A DNA stretch of 64,000 nucleotides from Candidatus Sumerlaeia bacterium. GTDB lineage: Bacteria; Sumerlaeota; Sumerlaeia; SLMS01; JANRJK01. Below, piece after piece: positions 42,690 through 52,974 of the stretch. How positions within the stretch are numbered: the first letter of the stretch is position 1; each line of letters begins with the position of its first letter. The stretch lies in the NCBI GenBank assembly GCA_033764015.1, contig JANRJK010000023.1, positions 96,001-160,000 of the forward strand, read 5' to 3'. The notes beneath the pieces were generated by a model that was given only the letters and a program-made list of their open reading frames with translations, ran no database searches and was not told the origin of the DNA. Both the position numbers and the translations under genes were made by a program.

Positions 42690-43526
42690 TCATCCCTTGA
42701 TGCCGCTCATTGAGATCCCTTCGATGAAGTAGCGCTGGGCCAGCAGGAACAGGCCTAGTACGGGAAGGATGACCAGCGTGGCCGCCGCCATCAGAAGGTT
42801 GATCTCGGTGCCGCCGAGGCGGCTCTGGAATGCCTGCAGGCCGAGTGCGAGGGTGAATTGGCGCTCGTCTGTCAAATAGATCAGCGGACCCATGAAATCG
42901 TTCCACACGTACAGGAACGAGAACAAGGCGACGACGATCAGCGCCGGCTTCGAGAGAGGAAGGATGATCCGATAGAAAATGTGGAACTCGGAGCAACCGT
43001 CGATCTCCGCGGCCTCGGTGACGTCCTTTGGGATCGTCAGGAAGAACTGCCGAAGCAGGAAGATGTTGTAGGCGGACGCGAAGAACGCTGGGATCCAGAG
43101 CGGAAGCGATGTACCGATCCAACCTAGGGTCCGGAAAAGGCTGTACAGCGGCACTAGGAGGACCGCCCCCGGAATCATCATGGTGGATAGCGTGACCCAG
43201 AAGAAGAAGTTCCGGCCCGGCCAATCAATGCGCGAAAAGCCGTAGGCGACTAGGGCGCAACTACCGGTGGTTCCCACCACGTTGAGCAGGCACAGGACGA
43301 CCGTGTTGACCGTTTGCTTCCAGAATGGAATCTTCTCTGTCGCCAGACGGAAGTTCCCCCAGAGGAACTCCGCCGGGAGCATGGTGGGCGGTGTGGCCGT
43401 GGCCTCCGCCAGCGACTTAAGCGCGGTGGACAGCATCCAAAAGAATGGGAAGGCGAAAAGGGCCACGACAATCCCAAGGACGCCGTACAGCAAGAGCCGA
43501 TTCGCAAGGGGGCTAGTTGGCGCCAT
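42690..43526 (-). CDS. Carbohydrate ABC transporter permease
   Basis: FLLRQFF.TIP....EAAEIDG, WNDF.GPLIY. Confidence 0.93.
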   Translation of the reverse strand: MAPTSPLANRLLLYGVLGIVVALFAFPFFWMLSTALKSLAEATATPPTMLPAEFLWGNFRLATEKIPFWKQTVNTVVLCLLNVVGTTGSCALVAYGFSRIDWPGRNFFFWVTLSTMMIPGAVLLVPLYSLFRTLGWIGTSLPLWIPAFFASAYNIFLLRQFFLTIPKDVTEAAEIDGCSEFHIFYRIILPLSKPALIVVALFSFLYVWNDFMGPLIYLTDERQFTLALGLQAFQSRLGGTEINLLMAAATLVILPVLGLFLLAQRYFIEGISMSGIKG

Positions 43527-44400
43527 AGATGACACGATCCTGTGTGAGCCGGTGCGCGACCGCGCTAAGGCTCGCGATGATGGCGAAAAGCACCCACGCC
43601 ATGGCGCAGGCATACCCCATGTTGAGGTAGCTGAATGCGTGGTCGAACAGGTACATGGTGTAGAACGTTGTCGAGCGAAGTGGGCCACCTGCGCCGTCGG
43701 TCATCACATAGGGGAGGGCGAAGACCTGCATCACGCCGATCAAACCCATCAATACATTGAAGTAAATGACCGGCGAGAGCATCGGAAGCGTGACGTGCCG
43801 GAACTGCTGGAGGTTCGAGGCTCCGTCCACGCGGGCCGCCTCGTAGAGTGAGGGCGGAATCTCTTGCAGCCCTGCGAGGTATATTACGACCGAGTTCCCG
43901 ATTCCCCAAAGCGAACCGATCACCAACCCCAGCTTCGCGGTTTCCGGTTCCCCCATCCAGTTCACCATAGGCAGCCCAACAAGCTGCATGCCCCAGTTGA
44001 GGATTCCATACTCACCATTGAGAATCCATCGCCACAGGATTCCCAATGCGACCAGTGGAACGAGCGATGGCACGAAGATCATCGCGCGCAGCGCACCCTT
44101 CCAACGGGTCGCTGCGTTGAGCAGGACGGCCAGGACGATTCCGGCACCGGTGCTCAAGGGCAGGAAGATCGCCGCGAAGTAAAGGGTGTTCCAGGTCGAC
44201 TTCCAGAAAACCGAGTCGAATAGCAACTCCTGATAGTTCGCGAGCCCGATGAACACGGGAGGATTCAACACGGAGTAATCGCAGAAACTATAGTACAGGG
44301 AGTAGATCGCCGGGAAAACTGTGAAGGAAAGAAGCCCCACCATCCATGGCGACGTGAACAACAGCCCCATCATCAGCTTCTTGCGTTCGCGTGCGGTCAT
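43513..44400 (-). CDS. Carbohydrate ABC transporter permease
   Basis: YLAGLQEIP..LYEAARVDGA...FRHVTLPML. ATGA overlap with the SBP gene. Confidence 0.93.
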   Translation of the reverse strand: MTARERKKLMMGLLFTSPWMVGLLSFTVFPAIYSLYYSFCDYSVLNPPVFIGLANYQELLFDSVFWKSTWNTLYFAAIFLPLSTGAGIVLAVLLNAATRWKGALRAMIFVPSLVPLVALGILWRWILNGEYGILNWGMQLVGLPMVNWMGEPETAKLGLVIGSLWGIGNSVVIYLAGLQEIPPSLYEAARVDGASNLQQFRHVTLPMLSPVIYFNVLMGLIGVMQVFALPYVMTDGAGGPLRSTTFYTMYLFDHAFSYLNMGYACAMAWVLFAIIASLSAVAHRLTQDRVIYGAN

Positions 44401-45812
44401 TGCTGACTCCAATCTCGAAGGCGCATCTCAGCGATGCGGTCCCAAGCGGCGTTGGCACGGTCGAAGCGTGGCTTCACTCGCTTCATGAGGAGATCCATCG
44501 CCTTCGCGGGAGGCGTATCGCGCACCCAGATCTCCTCGAATGCGATGCCCAGTTCCGCGCGATACTGGTCCCAAAGCGTCATCCGCGGGACACCGCGCGC
44601 CTCGGGGGACTCCGCAAGCTCGCGGAACAGGCCGATGTAAGGATTCGGGTGGGAGGAGGCGAAGCTTGGACTCACCTCCCGAAGTGGCGAAAACTTCCGC
44701 TGCCCCATGCAGAGGAGCTCCATGTTTTCCTGCATCTGCACGAACTTGATGAAGTCCCAGGCTTCCTCGACATGCCGGGCGCCCTTCGGAATCACTAGCA
44801 TGTCGCTCTCGACGATACAGGTGCCCATTCCTCCCTCCACTAGTGCCGGGAATGGAGCCACTCCCCACTCAAGACTTGGGTTGTACTGGTCGATGAAGCT
44901 GCTCATCCAAACACCTTGAAGCTGCATCGCAAGACGCCCGGAAATGAAGGTGTTGTCCGCCGAAGCGAACTGCCCCGCGCCCGCTTCGAACCGCCGGAGT
45001 GCCGGGCGCCCGTACTCGTCCGCGTACCGATCCAGCCATTCATACGCAGTAAGGCCGTCCCCTTCGCCGGCGGTCAACCGGCGCGCATCCTTGTCCACCA
45101 GATCCGCTCCGAACCAGTAAACCCACATCATGCTCCACCAACCGGGATCGGAGGGGGAGAACCCGAGCTGCGTGATCTTGCCATCCGCATCGCGCTTCGT
45201 CAGGCGGCGGGCGTATTCCTCCAGTTCGGCCACCGTCTGCGGCGGCCGTTCGGGATCCAAGCCCGCTTCCCGGAAAAGGGCCTTGTTGTAATGCAGCGCC
45301 ACCGTCGCAGGCGTCGAGGGGAGGCCCCAAACGAAGCCCCGGTAGCAGCATCCATCCATGATGGCGGGGATGTAGTCTTCGCGCAGCAGACCGTCACGCT
45401 TCATAAGCCTGTCGAGCGGGAGCAGCGCCCCCTTTTCCGCGTAGGACACCACTGTGTGCGACCAAAAACCCGCCACATCGGGAGGGTTTCCGCCGGCTGT
45501 CGCCAGCAACAGCTTCCGGTCGATCTGGCTCTGCGAAACATACCGTACGAACACCTTGTCCTGCGAGGCGTTGTACTTGTCGACCACGGCGGCCATGGCG
45601 TCCTTCTCGAACCCTTGCCATTTCTCCCAGTAGTCGATGACGACGCGGCCGTCGGCGGTCCGCTCCTCCCCCGGCCTGCAGCCAAGCAGCAACGCGAGCA
45701 CCAGAAGCAACCCCCAAGGGAGCTTCCGGGCGGAAGCACCGGGCCGCCGGATTGGCGCCGGATGCCGGTGCGAGGCGAAGGTCGGTGGGAACCGCTTGGG
45801 TGTCGGATTCAT
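44397..45812 (-). CDS. Sugar ABC transporter substrate-binding lipoprotein
   Basis: Lipobox LLLGC, GNPPDV, LHYNKALFREAGLDP. Start may be further downstream. Confidence 0.9.
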   Translation of the reverse strand: MNPTPKRFPPTFASHRHPAPIRRPGASARKLPWGLLLVLALLLGCRPGEERTADGRVVIDYWEKWQGFEKDAMAAVVDKYNASQDKVFVRYVSQSQIDRKLLLATAGGNPPDVAGFWSHTVVSYAEKGALLPLDRLMKRDGLLREDYIPAIMDGCCYRGFVWGLPSTPATVALHYNKALFREAGLDPERPPQTVAELEEYARRLTKRDADGKITQLGFSPSDPGWWSMMWVYWFGADLVDKDARRLTAGEGDGLTAYEWLDRYADEYGRPALRRFEAGAGQFASADNTFISGRLAMQLQGVWMSSFIDQYNPSLEWGVAPFPALVEGGMGTCIVESDMLVIPKGARHVEEAWDFIKFVQMQENMELLCMGQRKFSPLREVSPSFASSHPNPYIGLFRELAESPEARGVPRMTLWDQYRAELGIAFEEIWVRDTPPAKAMDLLMKRVKPRFDRANAAWDRIAEMRLRDWSQQ

Positions 45813-45899
45813 CGTTCTGCCTCGGAGAGGCGCGTGGGCATGGAGGAGGGCGATCCGGTCGTCATGGTGCGGGGGAGAGCCTCGTTTCGCTGCCGTCGA

Positions 45900-47255
45900 T
45901 CAATACAAGAACCAGCCATCGACCGCCCCGGCGGGCAGAGCGAGTTCGAACCAGTTCACGTTGAACTCACCGGTCAGGAACTCTAGCCGGGCGATATAAT
46001 CGCCGGCGGGGATCTCAAGCGGGCTGTCGCCCTCTACCGTGGTCCAGGTTTGCCATCCGCCGGTCGACGGGATCGTCACGCCGGTAGTGTACTCCGCCCG
46101 TGACAGCGGCGACCGGACCCGCAGTGTCGCCGTGCCACCGCCAGCGGCGGACGCCGTCCGGAAGCTCGATGTGAAGCTCCCGTCCGCAGGGACCGTGACC
46201 GAGTACTCGACCCACTCGCCGGGCTGTACGAACCCAAGGTTACCGCTGGACCCCGGGTCGCTTGTCACTTCGAGGTCGACGCTCTCCTCCGGCCTCTCTC
46301 CATCCCCAAGGTTCGCCCCCGTCGTGTCGTTGTAGGCGTAGCCCTGTCCGCCAAGGTCGAAATGCTCGGCCTCGATCCGGCCGGGCAGTTCGACCGGGGC
46401 GCCGAGGTACGGGCGCTGCTGGCCGATTTGCGAGACGCGGACCCAGTCGACCACCATCTCCTGTGGGAAATAGTCCGGGTTCTCCGGCGGATTCATAAGG
46501 AAGTTCCCACCCACCGCGACGTTCAGCAGAAGGTGGAACCGCTTGTTGAAGGGGGCGGGATAGGCGCCCGCGGAGGACCACCAGGAGGTGCGCGTCTGGA
46601 CCAGTTCGCCGTCGAGGAACCAGCGGATCCGGCCCTCCTCCCACTCGACCGCGTAGACATGGAAGTCCTGCGAAAGGTCGACTGTCGAGATGCTCCCGCT
46701 GCTGTAGACGTTTCCGGGGTAGGGCGCTCCGTAGTGGAGCGAGAAGATCGCCTCCGTCGGTGTCTCCCCGCGAAGCTCGAGGATGTCGATCTCGCCGCTG
46801 GCCGCCCAGCCGCCGTACTCGTAGTCGCTCGGGAGCATCCAGATCGCGGGCCAGAGCCCTTGCCCGGAGGGCAGCTTCGCCCGGACCTCCATCCGCCCGT
46901 AGGTCCAGTCGCCCTTGAAGCGGCTGTTCAACCGGGCGCTCGTGTATTGGCGCGTCTTTTCCACGCCGTCCGACGGATCGATCTCCGTGTAGGGCTCCTT
47001 CCGTGCCCGGATCGTCAAGTTCCCGCCGGAAACGAAGGAGTTGAGCGTGCGTGCGGTGTAGTACTGGAGCTCGTTGTTGCCGCCCCCCCAGGCGTTCACT
47101 TCGTGGGTCCAATTGGCGGTGTTGATCGAGGCTCCGCCGAACTCATCCCGCCAGACGATTTCGAGACCCGGTTCGATTGCGCCGGCCCCCGTGCAGAGCG
47201 CGGCGACGAGTGCGGGGAGCAGGGAGCGGAGGCGGTGCCCGGGGCTGGTTGACAT
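45900..47255 (-). CDS. GH16 laminarinase-type endo-beta-1,3-glucanase + CBM6-like domain, aromatic C-tail
   Basis: GNNELQYY, WPAIWM, catalytic EIDILE, IEAEHFD..G, TGGWQTW. Ends AVDGWFLY. Confidence 0.92.
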   Translation of the reverse strand: MSTSPGHRLRSLLPALVAALCTGAGAIEPGLEIVWRDEFGGASINTANWTHEVNAWGGGNNELQYYTARTLNSFVSGGNLTIRARKEPYTEIDPSDGVEKTRQYTSARLNSRFKGDWTYGRMEVRAKLPSGQGLWPAIWMLPSDYEYGGWAASGEIDILELRGETPTEAIFSLHYGAPYPGNVYSSGSISTVDLSQDFHVYAVEWEEGRIRWFLDGELVQTRTSWWSSAGAYPAPFNKRFHLLLNVAVGGNFLMNPPENPDYFPQEMVVDWVRVSQIGQQRPYLGAPVELPGRIEAEHFDLGGQGYAYNDTTGANLGDGERPEESVDLEVTSDPGSSGNLGFVQPGEWVEYSVTVPADGSFTSSFRTASAAGGGTATLRVRSPLSRAEYTTGVTIPSTGGWQTWTTVEGDSPLEIPAGDYIARLEFLTGEFNVNWFELALPAGAVDGWFLY

Positions 47256-47349
47256 CGGAGCGGGGGCTCTTTCGGGCGTCTGGCGCCTGGGGCTGGGGCG
47301 CTGCGTCCCCGCTTGCTTCGGTGCGGCGCGGTGGTTCCCACGCTGCGCG

Positions 47350-47363
47350 CGTTATCCTTAACA
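47350..47363. promoter_or_regulatory. LacI-type operator (degenerate)
   Basis: CGTTATCCTTAACA upstream of GH16. Confidence 0.45.
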
Positions 47364-47548
47364 ATTGCGACGCGCCGACCCGGTCCTGTCAAGCGCATTC
47401 GACCCGCTCCCGCTCGTGCCGTGGCGACCCGCGCCGCCGGCCCGCCCGCCGGTGGGCAGTGGTCAAGGCGGAGCCAGTCAACCGATTGCTCCCTCCACCC
47501 GTTGGAATCGCCATGGAAGATTGCCGCCGCGCCGTGCGCAGTTCGGCG

Positions 47549-47580
47549 TTGACACCGCCGACGCTATGTTGTCGTTAACA
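47549..47580 (+). promoter_or_regulatory. TTGACA -35 element and LacI-type operator over the -10 region
   Basis: TTGACA at 47549-47554 and TGTTGTCGTTAACA at 47567-47580. Confidence 0.65.
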
Positions 47581-47650
47581 TGCAGTAGCGCATTCATCGG
47601 CGCCCCGGGCGCATTCCGCCGAACCGAGCGACGCCAGAACGGACTTCGAA

Positions 47651-48319
47651 GTGAGCACTCCCCGGGCCTTCACCCTGATCGAACTCCTCATCGTGGTCGC
47701 GATCATCGCGATCCTCGCGGCCATCGCCGTGCCGAACTTCCTCGAGGCGCAGGTCCGCGCCAAAGTGAGCCGCGCACGCAGCGACATGCGATCCCTCGCC
47801 ACCGCCCTCGAAGCCTACCGCGTCGACAACAACACCTATCCCCTCGGAGTCGTCGACGCCCCGATCGCGCCGTCCTACTCCCCGTCCCTGATCCGGCGTT
47901 CGGTCTTCGCCCTGATCACGACACCGGTCGCGTACATCACGTCCTTCCCCCCCGACGCGTTCAACGGCGACTACCGCTCGAACCCGACCACGGACATCCT
48001 CGGGCTCCGCAAGTTCTACGACTACCGCCGGACCCGTTTCGGCACCACTTCCGGCGGTCGCACGACGATCTTCGAAAGCGCGACGGGCCTCGGCATCGGG
48101 ATCGGTCAGCGCTTCGATTCCTGGCTGCTCTACTCGCCCGGTCCGGACCAGGAGCAGAACCTGAACACCCAGCGTGGCGGCCAGAACTCCTTCGACGTGG
48201 CCGGTTTCGGCGACCCGATCGGCGACTGGCCCTTCTACGATCCGACGAACGGCTCGGTCTCCGTCGGCGACGTCGTGCGCGCCCGCGAAGGCGAGGGCGA
48301 GTCGCTGGTCGCCCGATGA
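47651..48319 (+). CDS. Prepilin-type N-terminal cleavage/methylation protein
   Basis: A|FTLIELLIVVAIIAILAAIAVPNFLEAQVRAKVSR and C-terminal YDPTNGSVSVGD. Confidence 0.92.
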   Translation: MSTPRAFTLIELLIVVAIIAILAAIAVPNFLEAQVRAKVSRARSDMRSLATALEAYRVDNNTYPLGVVDAPIAPSYSPSLIRRSVFALITTPVAYITSFPPDAFNGDYRSNPTTDILGLRKFYDYRRTRFGTTSGGRTTIFESATGLGIGIGQRFDSWLLYSPGPDQEQNLNTQRGGQNSFDVAGFGDPIGDWPFYDPTNGSVSVGDVVRAREGEGESLVAR

Positions 48320-50220
48320 GCTTCCTGCCCCGTCACCTCGCCGCGCTGCTGCTCCTCGCGCTACCCGCGTTCCCCCTCGCGGACCCCGGCTACTCCGTCG
48401 TGCGGGACGACGCGGGACGCTTTTGGTTCGAGGGCCCCGACCGGGAGCGGTTCCTTTCGGTCGGCGTTTGCGCGATCGATAGCGGCGGCTGGCGTCCACC
48501 CGCGGGCTCGATCTTTTACGGCGGGCCGGACGGAGAACCATTCCGCGGCGACGTCGCCGCTTGGCGCGCGAGCACCATCGAAATCCTCCGGCGCGGCGCG
48601 TTCAACACGCTTGGCGCTTGGAGCAATCCGCAACTCAACGACGGTACGCTCTTCGCCACGCCGAACCTCTACATCATCACCGCGGAGCCCGACCGGCTTG
48701 CGAACCTGCTTCGTCCGGGTCTCGAAGAGCTGATGCGGAAGCAAGTTCGCGAAGCGATGGCGACCCACGCCCACCCGGATCGGATCCTAGGGTTCTTCCT
48801 CGACAACGAGATGGCGTGGTACGGCCCGTCGCCATGGACCATCCGGGCCAACTCGACGCTGCTGGAGGCCATGCTTGGCCTCGCCGCCGACGACCCCGCG
48901 AGAAAGGGGGCGATCAACTTCCTAGCGAGCCGCTACCAGGGCGACCCCTCGCTGATGGCCGCCTCCTGGGGGATACCGGTGACTCGGTTTGAGTCCCTTT
49001 CGAAGGAACTCCTCGAGACATCGACAACCCCCGATGCGATCTCGGACCGGGAGGAGTTCACCGCGCGCATGGCGGAGCGCTTCTTTTCGACCGCTCGAAA
49101 GGTCGTGTCCGAGGAGGCGCCCGGGAAGCTCCTGCTCGGAGTCCGGTTCGCCGGCTCCGCGCCGCTCTCCGTCCTAAGGGAGTGCGGCAAGCACTGCGAT
49201 GTCGTCAGCCTCAACGTCTACCGCGCGCGTCCCGACGCGGACGAGCGACTGCTGTCGCACTTCTGGCTGGAGACCCGCAAACCGCTGATGGTCACGGAGT
49301 TCTCCTGGCGGGCGACCATCAACAACAGCGGAAACCCCAATCTCCGCGGCGCTGGCGGCGTGGTCCGCACGCAGGCGGAGCGGGCCGCCAATTACCAAGC
49401 CTTCGTTTCTGACCACTTCCAGCATCCGCAGATCATCGGAATGCACTGGTTCGCTTGGGCCGATCAATCCCCCCAAGGGCGGTTCGACGGGGAAAACTCG
49501 AACTATGGGATCGTCGACATCTTCCACCGCCCCTACGAGGAACTGGTGACGGCGATGTTCGAAACCAACAGGCGGGCCATCGAAGTGCACGGCGCTTCCA
49601 CCCGTTCGGTCCCCACGGAGCTGCCCGCGCCGCCGGCTGTCGTGGTCGCGCCGGGCCAATTCCCGGACCGCCCCGCATCGCTTGATATCCTCGCGCTTCC
49701 CCCTGTGCGGGCGCATGAGCCCTTCATGGCTCCGGACGCCACGTTCGCACTTACCCCCAAGGATCGCGGAGCGTTCGTGCTGCGCGCGCAGACAGGGAAC
49801 GACTGGGGTGGGGGAGTGACGCTGTATGGCCCTGCGGCGCGGGCAACCGGACGTCCGGGGGCCGGGTTCGCGACCGACCTCGATGGCTACTCCACCCTCG
49901 TCCTGGATCTGGAATCCGCGAAGAGGATCAGCATCGAAGTCGTGCTCGACGAAGCGGGCGTCGCCCCACCCGGGGCGGTTTCCTACGAAAGCGGAAACGG
50001 CGACGACGGTGAGTCCTTCGCCTGGGGGCCGCGCGAATTCGGCCCGGGCCGCGTGGAGATCCGCCTACCGTTGGCGGATCTCGGCTCCAGAACGGTCTGG
50101 GGGAACCAGGACGGCAAGCGGTTCGTCGATCTGGCCGCCCTGAAGGGGCCGTCACTCGTCGTCGGCGGGAGCCAAGGCGAAGTCGAAATCACGCTCCACT
50201 CCGTCCGCTTCGAGAAGTAG
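48316..50220 (+). CDS. Clan GH-A hydrolase, GH50 (beta-agarase)-like, with C-terminal CBM-like domain
   Basis: Signal peptide, GRFWF..P....F.S.GV, FNTLGAWS, FFLDNE, MVTEF, IGMHWF.W.D, DGENSNYG. ATGA overlap with the pilin gene. Confidence 0.75.
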   Translation: MSFLPRHLAALLLLALPAFPLADPGYSVVRDDAGRFWFEGPDRERFLSVGVCAIDSGGWRPPAGSIFYGGPDGEPFRGDVAAWRASTIEILRRGAFNTLGAWSNPQLNDGTLFATPNLYIITAEPDRLANLLRPGLEELMRKQVREAMATHAHPDRILGFFLDNEMAWYGPSPWTIRANSTLLEAMLGLAADDPARKGAINFLASRYQGDPSLMAASWGIPVTRFESLSKELLETSTTPDAISDREEFTARMAERFFSTARKVVSEEAPGKLLLGVRFAGSAPLSVLRECGKHCDVVSLNVYRARPDADERLLSHFWLETRKPLMVTEFSWRATINNSGNPNLRGAGGVVRTQAERAANYQAFVSDHFQHPQIIGMHWFAWADQSPQGRFDGENSNYGIVDIFHRPYEELVTAMFETNRRAIEVHGASTRSVPTELPAPPAVVVAPGQFPDRPASLDILALPPVRAHEPFMAPDATFALTPKDRGAFVLRAQTGNDWGGGVTLYGPAARATGRPGAGFATDLDGYSTLVLDLESAKRISIEVVLDEAGVAPPGAVSYESGNGDDGESFAWGPREFGPGRVEIRLPLADLGSRTVWGNQDGKRFVDLAALKGPSLVVGGSQGEVEITLHSVRFEK

Positions 50221-50234
50221 CGCGTCCCTGCCCT

Positions 50235-51311
50235 TCAGGGGGGTGGCCCTGTCGAGTCACGCACCCGGAGCGAAATCGGCAGTCGGAGGCGCTCAGCCTG
50301 GGTGCTGTTGTCCTTGAGGCGACGCAGTATTAAGTCCCCCGCTAGGCGCCCCAGCTCGTAGCCCGGATGGATCGCCGTGGTCAGCGGCGGTTTCGAGAAT
50401 GAGCTGTGCAACTCGTCGTCGAAGCCGGTGACCGAGAGCTTCGCAGGGATATCCCGACCGGCGCGCCGCGCTGCCATCATCACGCCGGCCGCCGTATTGT
50501 CTGAAGCGCAGGCGATGGCCGTCGGCCCGTTGGCGCCCTCCGCCAACAGATAGTCCGCCTCGAGGCTGCCGACCTCCACCGCGCGCGCAAAGTCTCCTTG
50601 GCGGATCCATTTCGCGGGGACTTCAAGGTTCAGTTCCGCCATGGCCACGCGGAACCCTTCCTCTCGCTCCTCCGCATCGTGGTCTCCGATGGAGCCCCCG
50701 ATGTAGGCGATCCGCCGGTGCCCCAACGCCACCAGATGCCGGACGACGTGGCCCATTCCGCTGGAATTGTCATAGCAAACGGTGGAGACGCCGCTCGGAA
50801 TGTCGCGTTGGTCGCTATAGTTCAGCAGGACGACCGGTATCGGAAGACGCCCAAGCGCCTCGAGATCCACGGTTCGAAGGATCGAGCCGAGCACCACAAG
50901 CCCCCCCACCCGGTTCTCCCGGGTGACTTGGATCGTACGGGGGACGAGCTGCTCGAGGCTGGGCGCGAGGACGAGGAGGACGTGGTACTCGTCCTCGAAC
51001 ATCGCCGAGTCCAACCCCGCGAGCATGTCGGAGTTGAACCCGCCGCGGAGTGCGTCGGCGCCGGGCGAGACCAGCCCGACCACTTGCACCTTCCCCGTCC
51101 GCAGGCTGCGGGCGGTGAGGCTCGGTGAATATCCGAGCTCCTCCGCCGCGGCGAGAATCCTCGCCCGGGTTGCGGCCGAAACATTCGGCATTCCGCGAAG
51201 CGCCCTGGAGACGGTCATGACCGAGACTCCCGCACGGTTTGCTACCAGCCGTGCCGATGCCGGGGCGAGATCGACGGGCAGGGAGGACTTGTTTCCGGAG
51301 TTGGACGACAT
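50235..51311 (-). CDS. LacI-family transcriptional regulator
   Basis: VANRAGVSVMTVSRAL, LGYSPS..ARSL, LGHRRIAYI, SVTGFDD. Confidence 0.95.
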   Translation of the reverse strand: MSSNSGNKSSLPVDLAPASARLVANRAGVSVMTVSRALRGMPNVSAATRARILAAAEELGYSPSLTARSLRTGKVQVVGLVSPGADALRGGFNSDMLAGLDSAMFEDEYHVLLVLAPSLEQLVPRTIQVTRENRVGGLVVLGSILRTVDLEALGRLPIPVVLLNYSDQRDIPSGVSTVCYDNSSGMGHVVRHLVALGHRRIAYIGGSIGDHDAEEREEGFRVAMAELNLEVPAKWIRQGDFARAVEVGSLEADYLLAEGANGPTAIACASDNTAAGVMMAARRAGRDIPAKLSVTGFDDELHSSFSKPPLTTAIHPGYELGRLAGDLILRRLKDNSTQAERLRLPISLRVRDSTGPPP

Positions 51312-51369
51312 CGGGTCCTCCGCTGAGCGGATCTCAGATTGGGCCGCCGCCCAACACCATGACCCCCTT

Positions 51370-52974
51370 CTATTCAGCGCCTCCCTCGGAAACAAGCTCA
51401 ATCCAATCAATGTTGAATTCCCCCTGGTCGATCGACAGCAGCAGTTGCGTTTCCCCGGGAACAATCTCGATGGGGCCGCCCTCGATTTCGATGAACTCCG
51501 TCCATCCACCAGTCGGCGGGACGATCACCTCGACCGGGGCGGTAACCCCGGATCTCACGGAAAACCGTCCACCGGCGCCGCTCGCCGAAGCGACCCGCGC
51601 ACGAAGCTTGTATCGCGAACTACTCGCCGTCGGAGAAATCGCGTAGGACACCCATTCACCTCTTTCGGTCCAGCCGAGATAGATTCCCCCGTCAGGGGTT
51701 TGTTCGAGATCGACGCCATCCCGCGGTCGTAACTCTCCCCCGTTGTTCGTTGGGTCGGCATCCACGTACGCTTCCCCGGGAGCGCCGCGGTCGAACGCCT
51801 CCGCCTCGATACGCCCGGGCAAGCTCGCTGGGTACTCGCCCCAGGGCCGCCGCGGACAGCCCTCGCCCAAACGAACGTTCAACTCCCGACGCGCGCGCAT
51901 CCCGCCGTCGTCCACCGCTACCATCGTCAGTCCGTAGCAGCCGTCGGGCAGGGGCCCCGTTTCCAAATCGAACGGCGGGACCGTGGAGCGCGCCAACACG
52001 TCGCCGCCGTCGAGCAACTCGACGTATGCGACAGACCCGTCGGGATCCGTCGCGGCGACCGACACCTTGATCGAGCCCGCCGGGAGCGGGGTCTCTGAGG
52101 ACGCCGGTGAAAGCACCGCCAGCTCGGGGCCTTTGTTCCCCGACTGATACACCCTGATCCAATCGATCTCGAACCGCTGGGGGAAGACACTCGTCCCGTC
52201 GGGAGGCCCGGGCCAATTCCCTCCAACGGCGAGATTCGCGATCAAATGGAAGTCGCGGTCGAACGGCGCCGGGAAGGGCTTCCCGGGAGTCGCCCACTTA
52301 GCCTGCGTGCCGAAGTGCTCGCCGTCGACATACCAACGGATTTCGCCCGGATCCCACTCGATTGCGAAGGTATGGAAGTCCTCCGAGAAATCGACGACCC
52401 CCCCACCTTCGAGCGGCTTCTGGAACGACGCCCCTTGGTAGACATGCCCCGGATTGCCGAAGTGGATCGTGCCATGCACCTTGTCGGCTTTGTTGACCGC
52501 CTCGACGATGTCGATCTCACCGCTCAGCGGCCAACCGCCGTACTCCGCGTCCTCCGGCATCATCCAGAGCGCCGGCCAGGCGCCTTTCGTCGACGGTAGC
52601 CGGAGCCGGGCCTCGACGCGGCCATAGGTGAAGGAGAATTTCTTCGCTGTCGTCAGCCGCGCCGATGTGAACTCGTGGTCGCGATAGGACTCGCGCTGGG
52701 CCCGGATCACGAGCTTGCCGTCCTCGATGAAGGAATTCTCCGGACGGTCCGTGTAGTGCTGGAATTCATTGTTCCCGCTGTCGACGCCGGGAAACACCTG
52801 ATGGGTCCACGAGGCCCGGTCGATCTCCGGCCCTGTGAACTCGTCCTGCCAGATCAAGCGCCAGTCGCGCTGGCCAACAGGTGCGTCAGTCAATCGACCC
52901 CCCCCGCCGTCTCCTGCACACCCGCAAATGAGAAGCGTGGCGGCGAGAGTGCTGTGGATGAAGCTCTCACTCAC
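51370..52974 (-). CDS. GH16 laminarinase-type lipoprotein + Ig-like + CBM6-like
   Basis: Lipobox-like LICGC, WPALWM, EIDIVE, DPDGSV Ig-like domain, IEAEAFD. GTGA overlap with the pilin stop. Confidence 0.9.
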   Translation of the reverse strand: MSESFIHSTLAATLLICGCAGDGGGGRLTDAPVGQRDWRLIWQDEFTGPEIDRASWTHQVFPGVDSGNNEFQHYTDRPENSFIEDGKLVIRAQRESYRDHEFTSARLTTAKKFSFTYGRVEARLRLPSTKGAWPALWMMPEDAEYGGWPLSGEIDIVEAVNKADKVHGTIHFGNPGHVYQGASFQKPLEGGGVVDFSEDFHTFAIEWDPGEIRWYVDGEHFGTQAKWATPGKPFPAPFDRDFHLIANLAVGGNWPGPPDGTSVFPQRFEIDWIRVYQSGNKGPELAVLSPASSETPLPAGSIKVSVAATDPDGSVAYVELLDGGDVLARSTVPPFDLETGPLPDGCYGLTMVAVDDGGMRARRELNVRLGEGCPRRPWGEYPASLPGRIEAEAFDRGAPGEAYVDADPTNNGGELRPRDGVDLEQTPDGGIYLGWTERGEWVSYAISPTASSSRYKLRARVASASGAGGRFSVRSGVTAPVEVIVPPTGGWTEFIEIEGGPIEIVPGETQLLLSIDQGEFNIDWIELVSEGGAE

